In this document: positions 40,364 to 49,793 of the stretch, piece by piece
Layout: each line of letters begins with the position of its first letter
Numbering within the stretch: the first letter of the stretch is position 1
NCBI GenBank assembly: GCA_043806035.1
Contig: JAZDHK010000001.1
Coordinates: forward strand, 1 to 64,000
Direction: 5' to 3'
DNA: 64,000 nt
DNA from: an archaeon
GTDB taxonomy: Archaea > Nanobdellota > Nanobdellia > Woesearchaeales > UBA9642
Position numbers and translations under genes: made by a program
Notes under the pieces: generated by a model
What the model was told of the DNA's origin: nothing
Databases searched by the model: none
What the model saw: the letters and a program-made list of their open reading frames with translations, nothing else

Positions 40364-41131
40364 TTAAGAAGCCTTTTTAAGGAGCATCACGCTAATTTCC
40401 CCAAAATGCTGCTGCTGTTCCAGGTTAATCTTGCGCTGCGTGTCCAAGTGCAGCAACGGGATGAACGTCAATACTTTGTCCGTCCTGCTCTCGCCAGGAA
40501 CGAGCATGGTGAACGTGAGCGTCTCCTGCTTTTGGGCATAGTGCTGCTCTATCCTATCATACATGCTGCCCATAAGCCCTTCAATGTCTATGTGGGCGCT
40601 CGGCAGCGTTATCTTGATCTGCCGCTTGGGAATCACGGGTTTTCTGCGGGCGTCAACCTTGAGCGCGCTTTCCAGCGCCTTGACCAGATCAAAGACAGAG
40701 ACCTTCCGCTTTCTCGGCTGAGGAGTCTTCGGATACAGCTGGATGTCCAGATCCTTGTCGATGAAAATGTGCCCGTCCTCATCAAGCTCATACGGCTCCC
40801 CTTCGTGCATGAGCTGGTCGAAATACAGCATGTCTTCTTCCAAGAACCGGGTGCTTTTCATCTTGACGAGCAAAGCAGCCGCAAGTATCATCTTGCCTGT
40901 AATCCTGAAATCGAACTCCCGTAATTGCTGGATGCGCTCCAAGAACTTCTTTGCGAGCAGCGACACGCTGATATCCCAAGGATCCATGCCTTCTGCCCGC
41001 ACGAGATCATAGATGATGTTCTGCCACGTCAATTCCTGCTCGTTGAACAGCACAGAGAATATCCTGTTATGCGGGTTGTTCGGGTCGTTGTCCAGAAGGA
41101 GCTGCTGTTCCATGGTCTCTGTTTTTGTCAT
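40364..41131 (-). CDS. scpA: Segregation and condensation protein A (kleisin)
   Basis: MDPWDISV, GKMILAAALLVKMKS, RKVSVFDLVKAL, FIPLLHL, QQQHFGEI. Confidence 0.9.
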   Translation of the reverse strand: MTKTETMEQQLLLDNDPNNPHNRIFSVLFNEQELTWQNIIYDLVRAEGMDPWDISVSLLAKKFLERIQQLREFDFRITGKMILAAALLVKMKSTRFLEEDMLYFDQLMHEGEPYELDEDGHIFIDKDLDIQLYPKTPQPRKRKVSVFDLVKALESALKVDARRKPVIPKRQIKITLPSAHIDIEGLMGSMYDRIEQHYAQKQETLTFTMLVPGESRTDKVLTFIPLLHLDTQRKINLEQQQHFGEISVMLLKKAS

Positions 41132-41286
41132 TGCTTTTTAAGGTTTTCTGTTGCCTGTCCAGTCCTGGGACGCCCAAGTATTTAAACTTTACGACGAGAG
41201 AACCTCCTGTGTAGGCGTGGTTTCCTTTGCTTTAGTTGTGTATTCGTTTCACAACGTTTAAATAATCTTCATCATCCGCGAGTGAC

Positions 41287-41721
41287 GTGGAGATCCCTGT
41301 CTGTGTGAACGATTCGCTTGCTGACGGCGCAGATTGCTTCATTGCCTGCGAGAACATCCTGAAGCTCGTGAAGGCGCTATATCCCATAAATGTTGCGTAC
41401 GACACAGGCCACGGTCCGGGTCTTGAGTGCAAAATGTGGTCGCCGGACAGCCTCAGCACCGCTTGCGGTCACGTTCTTGAGAACGTGGCATTCATCGCTG
41501 CAAGAATGGACGATACACTCGGTGACACCATAGATGGGATTGTGGATAATGTCATCGACTTCAGCTTCGGCTATCTCGACATGATGTCCTTCCTTCCTGA
41601 GGCAAGCGCCCAGGAAAAGTTTGACTGCATCACCAGCTATAGTGCGCGTGTAGATATGCTGGTTGATGATTTTGTACGGCTCAGAACGTGCATGTTCAAC
41701 GCCTTGCACCTCTACAATTAG
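41287..41721 (+). CDS. Hypothetical protein
   Basis: 144-aa ORF filling the gap. Confidence 0.5.
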   Translation: MEIPVCVNDSLADGADCFIACENILKLVKALYPINVAYDTGHGPGLECKMWSPDSLSTACGHVLENVAFIAARMDDTLGDTIDGIVDNVIDFSFGYLDMMSFLPEASAQEKFDCITSYSARVDMLVDDFVRLRTCMFNALHLYN

Positions 41722-42557
41722 AGGATGAGCAGCACCGTCCCCCCGAGCATGATGAACGTGGCGATGCTTCGTAGCAGGACGTGTTTTTCCTTGAACAATT
41801 CTCCCCCTGCAATGACGCTAAACAATATTGATATTCTGCGAAGTGGCAGCACGATGCTGACGAATGCAAGCGGCAGTGCGAGCAGGAACGCGAAATTAGA
41901 GCTGATGCCCAGAACAGATATGGTGAAGAGGTGCTTTTGTTTCACTTCCTCGAACAGTTCCTTGAAGCCGTGCTGTACCACGGAAAAGATGATCAGGAGG
42001 ACGTTGACGAAAACCCACAACCACCAGCCCAAGACGAGAGGGGGAACAGTTGCAATGCTGAATTTCTGTAGCGTAGCAACCACGCCACCAAGCGCTGCAG
42101 CGAGCACGGCAAGCAGCACGTAATGTCCTTTCACTTTCTCCTTGAAAGCGGACAGGTCAAGATTAAGTAGGAACGCCCCGCTTACGATAAGGATAATCCC
42201 CGCAATGTTCACCACGTGCAGTCGCTCATGAAGGAAGAGCATGGCAAGGATGAGCAAAAACAGTGGCGTGAGTTCCATGAGCGGGCTGGCAATGCTGATG
42301 TCCAGATGCCTGAGCGCCTTATAGTAGAAGTGGACTTCTGCGGTGAGCAAAATGCTGATGATGAAAATGATGACTATCTCTCTGAATGCTATGGGCGTGA
42401 GGATGAACGGGGCTATTAGTAGGAGAAGCAGCAACGACCACGCCCCTCGTGCAGCATTGAACGCGATACTGTGACGGTGCTGCAGGCTTTTCTTACTCAA
42501 AATGTCAACGGCAGCAAGCAGGACAGCGCTTGCAAAGATAAGCAGGAGGACATTCAT
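41718..42557 (-). CDS. EamA/DMT transporter
   Basis: About 10 TM; YYKALRHLDISIASPL, FLHERL. Confidence 0.85.
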   Translation of the reverse strand: MNVLLLIFASAVLLAAVDILSKKSLQHRHSIAFNAARGAWSLLLLLLIAPFILTPIAFREIVIIFIISILLTAEVHFYYKALRHLDISIASPLMELTPLFLLILAMLFLHERLHVVNIAGIILIVSGAFLLNLDLSAFKEKVKGHYVLLAVLAAALGGVVATLQKFSIATVPPLVLGWWLWVFVNVLLIIFSVVQHGFKELFEEVKQKHLFTISVLGISSNFAFLLALPLAFVSIVLPLRRISILFSVIAGGELFKEKHVLLRSIATFIMLGGTVLLIL

Positions 42558-42641
42558 GCGTCCTTCCTCAACAGCACGCTTTATATAGTTAACCGATAAC
42601 TATAAAAAAGACAGGTCTAAAGAGAGAGTTGAGGTGATATC

Positions 42642-42812
42642 GTGTCCGATACCATAATAGTGAAGTCGAAAATAAAGGAACTTGTTGGCAATTATAACGT
42701 CTCATCTGACTTTTCTGAAGAGCTCGATAAGAAGGTGAAGCTGCTCATCGCCGATGCGGTCAAGCGGGCAGAGGCAAACGGCAGGAAGACCGTGATGGGA
42801 AAGGATATATAG
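42642..42812 (+). CDS. Short histone-fold protein (DUF1931-like, 56 aa)
   Basis: MSDTIIVKSKIKELVGNYNVSSDFSEELDKKVKLLIADAVKRAEANGRKTVMGKDI; GAGGTGA RBS and TATA box; not in ORF track. Confidence 0.88.
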   Translation: MSDTIIVKSKIKELVGNYNVSSDFSEELDKKVKLLIADAVKRAEANGRKTVMGKDI

Positions 42813-42931
42813 ACTGAGTGTCCAGTCTGTTGTGTACAGTTGTGTATCTTGAACTAACTCCTTCAAGTCTTGCACATCAACATGATCCAAACACATTTGT
42901 TGCCATTATTTTTTTGCAGTATGCTTCCACT

Positions 42932-43246
42932 TTACATTTTTCCTGCGAGGTAGCCTATACCGAAGCCTGCTGCCTGAATGAGTCCTGCAGTTATTGTACC
43001 GATGACGCCATAGATTCCACTTGCCTTTGCTGACTCTTTTGCATTGCCGCTCATGCCGTAGCAGAATGCCCACGAGCCAATTGCTGCAGATGCTCCTCCT
43101 GCAATCATTGGTCCGTACATGAGTACGTTCCTCACCGCTTCCGGTTCGATGGGTGTGTTGTGCGCTGCTGCGTATCCTGTGAAGAGTCCGGAAACGCCTG
43201 CGCCTATGTACGATGCGGGTATTGCTCTAATCAGTAGTTCTAACAT
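42932..43246 (-). CDS. Small Gly/Ala-rich membrane protein
   Basis: GGTGA RBS; 3 hydrophobic segments. Confidence 0.6.
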   Translation of the reverse strand: MLELLIRAIPASYIGAGVSGLFTGYAAAHNTPIEPEAVRNVLMYGPMIAGGASAAIGSWAFCYGMSGNAKESAKASGIYGVIGTITAGLIQAAGFGIGYLAGKM

Positions 43247-43397
43247 GTTTTCACCTTGCGTTTTTGTGTATTTGCGCTGTGCGCGCATAAGGGTAGAAAT
43301 AGCACCCGTTAGTATATACTTTTGTCTTATAGTATATATATTAGCTTATTTTGTTTATAGAAAAGAAATATATTTATACTTCCTCTTCCTACTGCTC

Positions 43398-44291
43398 ATG
43401 ATGCGAAGGAAACTCGTCAAGCAAGGAGCAGCAACGCTTATGGTGAGCCTGCCGGCAGACTGGATCAGGCAGCATGGGCTGGGCAAGGGCGACGAGATAG
43501 ATGTCGAGGAAGAGCAAGGAAAATTATGCATCAGCAAAGTCTCACAAAAAGAAAAATCTTCAACTACCATTCGTCTCACCTCTCCTGTCGAGAGCAGCGT
43601 ACGAACAAGCATCATCAACGCATACAGAGCAGGCTACGATATTCTGAATATTGAGTACGGTGACGAACGATGCATGGTCGCAATCCAATCCACTCTTGAG
43701 AAGTATCTTCTGGGTTTCGACATCCTCGAGCGGCATAAGAATTCATGTATTTTAACCAGCATATCAGAACCTGCCTTTGAGCAATTCCATAGCATCCTGC
43801 AAAAACTCATAACCAATATAGGCTATGTCATCCACGCAAGCATAGCGCGACTGCAGAAAAAAACTCCATTTCCCGATTATGAAGCCATCATCTTCAAGAC
43901 GTACCAGTACGACAACTTCTGCAGGCGCATCATCGCAAAGCAGCATTTCGACAGAGAATTCCTTCCTGACTTCATGGGCATGCTCATCAATGCCTTGCAC
44001 GAATTCCTCTTCCTCAACAGACTGCTTGACAAGCAGCCCTGCCAAGTCGAACACACAGCCCTCGCACATCTGGATGACGCATTCTTACTCATCCAGAAAG
44101 CATTCACGAAAAAAGACCATACAGCAGTCGAGAAACTCCACGAGACACAGCTCGGCTATGAGCACTTCTCAGAAGACATCAAGAATCCCAAACGAGTCAT
44201 CCCCTTGTACCATCTCGCCCTCGCCAGCAGGTTCCTGTACTTGTCGACGGGGCCATTGCTAGGATATTTGCTTAAGCAGCCATCCGCCTAA
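43398..44291 (+). CDS. AbrB + PhoU phosphate-uptake-type regulator
   Basis: RRKLVKQGAATLMVSLPADWIRQHGLGKGDEI; AYRAGYD. Confidence 0.82.
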   Translation: MMRRKLVKQGAATLMVSLPADWIRQHGLGKGDEIDVEEEQGKLCISKVSQKEKSSTTIRLTSPVESSVRTSIINAYRAGYDILNIEYGDERCMVAIQSTLEKYLLGFDILERHKNSCILTSISEPAFEQFHSILQKLITNIGYVIHASIARLQKKTPFPDYEAIIFKTYQYDNFCRRIIAKQHFDREFLPDFMGMLINALHEFLFLNRLLDKQPCQVEHTALAHLDDAFLLIQKAFTKKDHTAVEKLHETQLGYEHFSEDIKNPKRVIPLYHLALASRFLYLSTGPLLGYLLKQPSA

Positions 44292-44514
44292 GCTGAGCGA
44301 TTTTGCTGCCGATCCTGTTCAGTATGGCATCAGGATACTTTCCTCGCATGCCCTGCAATAATTTTTCTGCGAAAATGATGTCCGCAAGCAGGCTTTGCTT
44401 CTCAGCGCGTGTGATGTTATGCTTGTCCTGATCGCTCAGCACGGGAACGGGGCGCAATTGCAGCTTGTGCTGCGTCTTGGCAAGCCTTACCAAGAAATCT
44501 CGTGCAGGATTCAT
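44272..44514 (-). CDS. Hypothetical protein
   Basis: 80 aa, coupled to the upstream ORF. Confidence 0.55.
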   Translation of the reverse strand: MNPARDFLVRLAKTQHKLQLRPVPVLSDQDKHNITRAEKQSLLADIIFAEKLLQGMRGKYPDAILNRIGSKIAQLRRMAA

Positions 44515-45032
44515 AATCCTAAGAATCTCCTTTTCGGTTCTGGAGGAAGCGGTGGAGCACCTAACTGCGGAGGAGGTCCTGGAGGAGGCAACGGCGGCAG
44601 GTTCGGTGATGGGGGAGGTGGTGGCATGTCCGGAGGAGGGAATGTTCTCATTGGAGGAGCCATTTGCCGAGGCATCATGCGTTGCATCTGCGGCTGGCTC
44701 ATTTGTGGCATTGGTGGGGCTTGTTGGTTCTTCACCATGTCTGCAATCGCCACGAGCGCTCGTGCCATCTTCTCATTCTGGTCGAGGATCCTGCTCAGTT
44801 TCTCCTGCGGCTTTTGTCCTTCATATTCCTTGATGAGGTCATTCTGCGTCTGGTTCAGCAAGTTCAGGAGATTATTCATGCTCCTTGAAAGATTATCCAT
44901 CGCCTCGATGAGCGTCTTTGAAGAACCCATGCCTCCAAGCGGATCTTTTTTGAACGAATCCAGCTCCTTCCTCAGCTTTTCTAGTTCCTCGTGAGGCAAT
45001 AACTCATATTCATCAGATTGAGCATCAACCAT
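44511..45032 (-). CDS. Coiled-coil protein with Pro-rich C-terminus
   Basis: GGGGTGA RBS; YELLPHEEL; poly-Pro tail. Confidence 0.7.
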   Translation of the reverse strand: MVDAQSDEYELLPHEELEKLRKELDSFKKDPLGGMGSSKTLIEAMDNLSRSMNNLLNLLNQTQNDLIKEYEGQKPQEKLSRILDQNEKMARALVAIADMVKNQQAPPMPQMSQPQMQRMMPRQMAPPMRTFPPPDMPPPPPSPNLPPLPPPGPPPQLGAPPLPPEPKRRFLGL

Positions 45033-45147
45033 GCTTCACCCCTTTCTCAACACCAGACGGAAATGCTTTTTAAATAGTTTTCTGTTTTGCCTCTTGTGCA
45101 AATATTCATAAAGTTCCACTGCCCTATGTTGGAGTCGAGGATGTGCA

Positions 45148-45558
45148 ATGATACATAAGACAAATGTTTGGGTGTGGTCATACAATAAAAACAACACACC
45201 CCTGGACTTTAGCACTGCAGGCAAGTGGCTGTCATCAGGAACACCGAAGCGATTTGCAAAGCTCTTTCCCACAATTGATGCTCTCGTCGAGCAAGGTCTG
45301 CTGTTCAAGGCAAAATACACGCACAAGGAAAACCTCGACTATGATCCTCTGCCGTACGAGAAAAGCGTGCTCTGCGTGTACGCAGATGGCATCACGAAAG
45401 AACAGGTCAAAAACATCATCAGGGGATTAGGCACACGTTCCTTAACGTGGAAGTACGAAACACAATCGATAAAAGATTGGCTGCCTGGCGGAACGTTGTA
45501 TGAGAAGTCACAGCAGCAGAAACTGCGTTACCTCTACGAACACGACTGTTGGGCATAA
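45148..45558 (+). CDS. Hypothetical protein, possibly DUF1917/Bles03-like
   Basis: GKWL...KAKY...VLCVY...WKYE pattern. Confidence 0.5.
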   Translation: MIHKTNVWVWSYNKNNTPLDFSTAGKWLSSGTPKRFAKLFPTIDALVEQGLLFKAKYTHKENLDYDPLPYEKSVLCVYADGITKEQVKNIIRGLGTRSLTWKYETQSIKDWLPGGTLYEKSQQQKLRYLYEHDCWA

Positions 45559-45590
45559 TGTTTAAATGTACGCGAGCATTCGCAATGGTT

Positions 45591-46034
45591 ATGCACTACA
45601 TCGAAGCGCCACAAGCATATACTGGCAATGAGAAAAGTATTTTTCTTGCAGGAGGCATAACGAACTGTCCTGACTGGCAGCACGAACTCACTGCGCTGCT
45701 CAAGGACGAAGCACTCGTCATTCTCAACCCCCGTAGGAAAACATTCCACGAAAACCCAAACGCTGCAAGAGAACAGATTATCTGGGAGTACAAACACTTG
45801 AGAAAAGCAACAGCCATTTCCTTCTGGTTCCCCAAAGAAGCCATTTGCCCCATAGCGCTCTACGAACTAGGCGCGTGGTCTATGACGGACAAGGAGCTGT
45901 TCATCGGCATCCATCCCGACTATCCTCGACGGGCGGATGTGGAAGTGCAGACAAAACTCGTGCGTCCCAACACGTGGTTCGTCTATGATCTGTGCACGCT
46001 TGCGGACAGTATCAAGCGCTGGTCAAAGCAATGA
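45591..46034 (+). CDS. Nucleoside 2-deoxyribosyltransferase-like protein
   Basis: IFLAGGITNCPDWQ, LNPRR, QIIWEY, CPIALYELG. Confidence 0.85.
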   Translation: MHYIEAPQAYTGNEKSIFLAGGITNCPDWQHELTALLKDEALVILNPRRKTFHENPNAAREQIIWEYKHLRKATAISFWFPKEAICPIALYELGAWSMTDKELFIGIHPDYPRRADVEVQTKLVRPNTWFVYDLCTLADSIKRWSKQ

Positions 46035-46129
46035 CGTTGCGCATAACGCGCAAGCACTACCTGTGCCAGCAGCGATACTGGTAAGATGGTGAAGAAACAT
46101 TTAAGTATGAGAAAGAGTATCTGCCGTCA

Positions 46130-47119
46130 ATGAACCCGCAAACGCTTGACGAACTCCTGCTTGCAACAAAAACCAACGATTTCTCGCTCGCCGCAACCAT
46201 GATGCCTGAAAAAACAAGCAGGCTGGGTAAGCTCTTCGCAAAAACGCTCGGCATGTCCTCAGGAAAGATGATCCTTGCCTATCAGACGATGCTCAACAGA
46301 CTCTCTGTGGGATGCACGGCAGAAGAAACAACTGCTGCAGTCAAGAATGCAGTGCATACCGCATCGAAAGTCAACATACGCCTGCCGTTCTCTCATCAAA
46401 AGACGGCACGGCTGTGCGGTCTGGTAGCGCTCAACCAGGCAGGGTTCTTCGATGCGGAGACAGCGCTGTACGCTGCAATCAGGCAAGATCTCGGCAGTCA
46501 GGGAAGTATCGACGACATCAAGGCAGTCGCGCGAGCACACCCTGAAACGTATGGTCGGCTGCTGGAGCAAAAGCAGAATGCGATTTACGACTTCACCGTC
46601 CTGATGGGCATGCGCGACGACAAAGCGCGCTTCTCCTCACTCACGGAAGCAATGCCTACAAAAACAAGAAAGTACTTCACTGCAGTATCCAAACTGCACA
46701 AAGGCGGCTTGCTCAGGCCAACCTGGCCATTACCATTCAAAAAGTTCTCGACAGCCATAGAACAAGGACTGTACTATGACACGATCGGCGCCGCAGCGCA
46801 GGAAGGCACGGGAATAGATATTGGGTTCACGTATCCTCGCGGCGAAGAACTACTGGCGAAGATTGTCACTGACTACAACACTGCAGTGCAGCAGCCAAAG
46901 AAAAGATGGATTGCACACCCTGCACTCACTGCAGCAGGACTCTACCTTGCCGGCATGAGCGTCTGCCTGGCCAAGACGGGCGCGCAAGCAGGCATCGTCA
47001 TTCACAATCCTGCTGCCGTCGCTACATCGGCAGGAGCACTACTTTCAACGACGCTGGACAATGAGGAAATATCCACTCCCGTCTCTCTTGTCGTGTACAG
47101 CCTATTGACGACAGCGTGA
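46130..47119 (+). CDS. Hypothetical protein
   Basis: 329-aa ORF with hydrophobic C-terminus. Confidence 0.65.
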   Translation: MNPQTLDELLLATKTNDFSLAATMMPEKTSRLGKLFAKTLGMSSGKMILAYQTMLNRLSVGCTAEETTAAVKNAVHTASKVNIRLPFSHQKTARLCGLVALNQAGFFDAETALYAAIRQDLGSQGSIDDIKAVARAHPETYGRLLEQKQNAIYDFTVLMGMRDDKARFSSLTEAMPTKTRKYFTAVSKLHKGGLLRPTWPLPFKKFSTAIEQGLYYDTIGAAAQEGTGIDIGFTYPRGEELLAKIVTDYNTAVQQPKKRWIAHPALTAAGLYLAGMSVCLAKTGAQAGIVIHNPAAVATSAGALLSTTLDNEEISTPVSLVVYSLLTTA

Positions 47120-47205
47120 GTTTTATAGGCTGATGCTTGTATCCTGCAGACACGAAAATACATCTCGACAAAATTTATAAACAGCCCCGCAAGCCCAGCA
47201 CGCAT

Positions 47206-47309
47206 GGGCAAGTAGCTCAACTCGGTAGAGTGCCCCGTTGGCTCACGCGAAATGAACATGTTCGTGTCCAGAGTCGGGGAGGCTGCGGGTTCAAATCCCG
47301 CCTTGTCCA
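47206..47309 (+). tRNA. tRNA-Ala(GGC) with 30-nt intron (47244-47273)
   Basis: Acceptor GGGCAAG/CTTGTCC with G3:U70; T arm GCGGG-TTCAAAT-CCCGC; bulge-helix-bulge at 37/38. Confidence 0.9.
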
Positions 47310-47403
47310 TAGCTGACCTCAGCTAGCACGGAAACGGATTCTGCGAATCCGGGATTTTTTTAGTGGGCTGCAAGCCCGCTTACGTATCAAATCAGTTGAT
47401 TTG

Positions 47404-47420
47404 AATCCCGCCTTGTTCAT
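47404..47420 (+). repeat. Duplicate of tRNA-Ala 3' end (att-like)
   Basis: AATCCCGCCTTGTTCAT vs AATCCCGCCTTGTCCAT (47294-47310), 16/17. Confidence 0.75.
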
Positions 47421-47423
47421 GGC

Positions 47424-48071
47424 TCACTTCTGCTTTTCCTCGACGATATTGTTCCATCGCATGATGATGTTATTTCGTTCAGTGTCCGTATAGAAGAAAT
47501 CACTGTGCACTGGACAATAGTTCCCTCGTTGCAATTCCAGCCAGCTGCTTTGCATGTCGTACGCTCCTTCCTCGTGCCTGAGAATCCAGACGCAATCGGA
47601 TCGCTCGCAGAGCTCGTGTCCAATGTCGTATGCGTCCAACCTGCTTCCCAAATTGTGCGAGATGAGTACTTCAAGGCCTGCAAGACGCACGTCCTTGTCA
47701 GGAATGTGTATGCACATCTGTTCGGTAGTTGCCATTTTGGACCAGGCATAGCCGAGCTTATGCTTCTTGCGCATGAGCGCTTCCTGCATGAACACATCAA
47801 GACAAGCAAGATACTGCGGTGTTGCCTTGAACGCTTCAGGCGTGTGCTTGAGCAGGTAGTCACTTGCATAATATTTGATGTTGTCATGACAGTCAATGAG
47901 TCGGTGCACCAAATTTTTTGTCGATGTTGGCATGTCATTGATGTGATGCTTGTACTCAGAAAGTCCGTACTGAGGCACGTCCTGCTCCCGTCTTGTCTGT
48001 GCCAGATCTTCGATGATGTCTCGCAGCGCTTGCCTGCTGAGTCGTTCATACGGTAGTTTTTCGCTTATCAT
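47424..48071 (-). CDS. Hypothetical protein
   Basis: 215-aa ORF, host-like codons. Confidence 0.6.
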   Translation of the reverse strand: MISEKLPYERLSRQALRDIIEDLAQTRREQDVPQYGLSEYKHHINDMPTSTKNLVHRLIDCHDNIKYYASDYLLKHTPEAFKATPQYLACLDVFMQEALMRKKHKLGYAWSKMATTEQMCIHIPDKDVRLAGLEVLISHNLGSRLDAYDIGHELCERSDCVWILRHEEGAYDMQSSWLELQRGNYCPVHSDFFYTDTERNNIIMRWNNIVEEKQK

Positions 48072-48163
48072 GCCTGGCTACATGCACTGCACAGCATTAA
48101 TTATTGCTACTCCTTAAATAAGTAGGAGAAAGATTATTATATTCGCGATGATTTTCTGCAGCC

Positions 48164-48865
48164 ATGATTGAAACGTTGCAAACACTCGGCCTGAGCAAAC
48201 GCGAGAGCGTCTGCTATCTTGCACTGCTTGAACTCGGGCCTGCACGCACGGGCAGCATCTGCAAAAAAACACGAATACCCTCCTCAAAAATATATTCCCT
48301 GCTCGAACGTCTCGCAAGCAAAGGACTCGTTTCCCATGTTCTGCGCAACAACATACGATACTATCAGGCAGCGCACCCGAAACGGCTCCTGCACGACCTT
48401 GCCGAGAAAAAAAGGAAAATCGAACACATCCTGCCGAGCCTGCTTGTGCACAAACAACAGCACCAGAGCGTAGAGTTGATAGAGGGGCAAAAGGCGCTCT
48501 TCACGGCACTCACAGAACTCATTGCCGATGCCCGACCGAGGGAACTCTATCTCGTCTTCTCAATCAACGAGGAGAACAAGGACAAACAGGCAAACCTCTT
48601 TTTCAGGAACATGACTCTCCGCAGGAAAGAAAAAATGCTAGACGTTCGTTTACTCAAGAACAAGAAAGACTACGTCAACGAAAAACACACAAAAGTGCAG
48701 ATTCGCTACACCTCCTTTTCTTTGCCACAAGGCATAACCATTTTCAGAAACCATATCCTTCTCGTCACATGGCAGGAGACTCCGCTTGCCGTACACATAG
48801 AAAGTGAAACCATAGCGGGGCAGATGAGGGAATTTTTTCTTTCACTCTGGAAAAAAGCACGCTAA
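48164..48865 (+). CDS. TrmB-family transcriptional regulator
   Basis: LGLSKRESVCYLALLELG, IPSSKIYSLLERLASKGLV. Confidence 0.88.
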   Translation: MIETLQTLGLSKRESVCYLALLELGPARTGSICKKTRIPSSKIYSLLERLASKGLVSHVLRNNIRYYQAAHPKRLLHDLAEKKRKIEHILPSLLVHKQQHQSVELIEGQKALFTALTELIADARPRELYLVFSINEENKDKQANLFFRNMTLRRKEKMLDVRLLKNKKDYVNEKHTKVQIRYTSFSLPQGITIFRNHILLVTWQETPLAVHIESETIAGQMREFFLSLWKKAR

Positions 48866-48890
48866 CCCCTGTATGCGAAAACTTCTGCAG

Positions 48891-49697
48891 TCACAGATCA
48901 GTCAATTCCTCCTCAGAAAATTTTGCAAGCAGCAACGATTTGAGCTTGGCGATCGCGCGGCGGTGGCGCTCGCCGATGCGCTGGACCGAAACCCCCATTA
49001 TTTTTGCGATGTCCGACATTGACAGCTCGTGATAGTAACGCGCTTCAATGACCTCTCTGTCTTTAGGAATGAGCTGCGCGAAGCAGGTCTTGAGGAATTG
49101 CTTGATGTTCTGCTCATGCAAATCCTCTATGATGGGATGGTGGATGGGAAGCACGCTCAGCAGCGTTCCTTCCTTGCCATATTTTTTGTTGAGCGACAGC
49201 GGCCACCGGTATTCGTTCATGTGCGTGATTACTTGCTTGATTTTGTTCTCACCGATGTGCAGGATGTCACTAAGCTCCTCAGCCAGCGGCTCCCGGCCAT
49301 GTGTTGCAAAAAATCGCTGGGACGCAATATCTATCTTGTGGACGAGGGTTGTCGTTGCATACGGCAGGTGAACCGTCTTTGTTTCTTTCTGACCTTGAAA
49401 AATGGCCTGCCGTATCCACCTGACAGAATACGAAGTGAATCTCCCTTTGTCCGGATCGTACGTCTCAATGGCGCGCAGCAAACCCTTGTTGCCATCGCTC
49501 ACTGCCTCGTCGAGCGAGTAGTCTTTCTTTATCATCTTGCTCGCAATAAATACCACAAAGCTCAGATTTCCTTTGGCTATCTGGTCGCGAGCGGCAAGCA
49601 ATCCTGTTGCCATATACTCTCTTGCGAGAGCGGCCGTTTCTTCTTGAGAGAGGACGGGATACAGGGATATATCCTTTAAGTACTGGTCCAAGGACAT
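48891..49697 (-). CDS. Sigma-70 family protein (regions 1.2, 2, 3, 4)
   Basis: LDQYLKDISLYPVLS, NLSFVVFIA, GNKGLLRAIETYDPDKGRFTSYSVRWIRQAI, REPLAEELS, IAKIMGVSVQRI. Confidence 0.9.
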   Translation of the reverse strand: MSLDQYLKDISLYPVLSQEETAALAREYMATGLLAARDQIAKGNLSFVVFIASKMIKKDYSLDEAVSDGNKGLLRAIETYDPDKGRFTSYSVRWIRQAIFQGQKETKTVHLPYATTTLVHKIDIASQRFFATHGREPLAEELSDILHIGENKIKQVITHMNEYRWPLSLNKKYGKEGTLLSVLPIHHPIIEDLHEQNIKQFLKTCFAQLIPKDREVIEARYYHELSMSDIAKIMGVSVQRIGERHRRAIAKLKSLLLAKFSEEELTDL

Positions 49698-49793
49698 AGG
49701 TGAGAAGAATGCTTTTCTCTTTAAATACTCTCCTGCACCACAGGAATGGAGAGGGTCGATACATTATTAAAGAGATTGTACTTTAGGGCAGTC

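Noticed and set aside
43300-43380. AGTATATACT-type palindromes upstream of the PhoU regulator
   Set aside because: Cannot be told apart from TATA boxes and AT-rich low complexity
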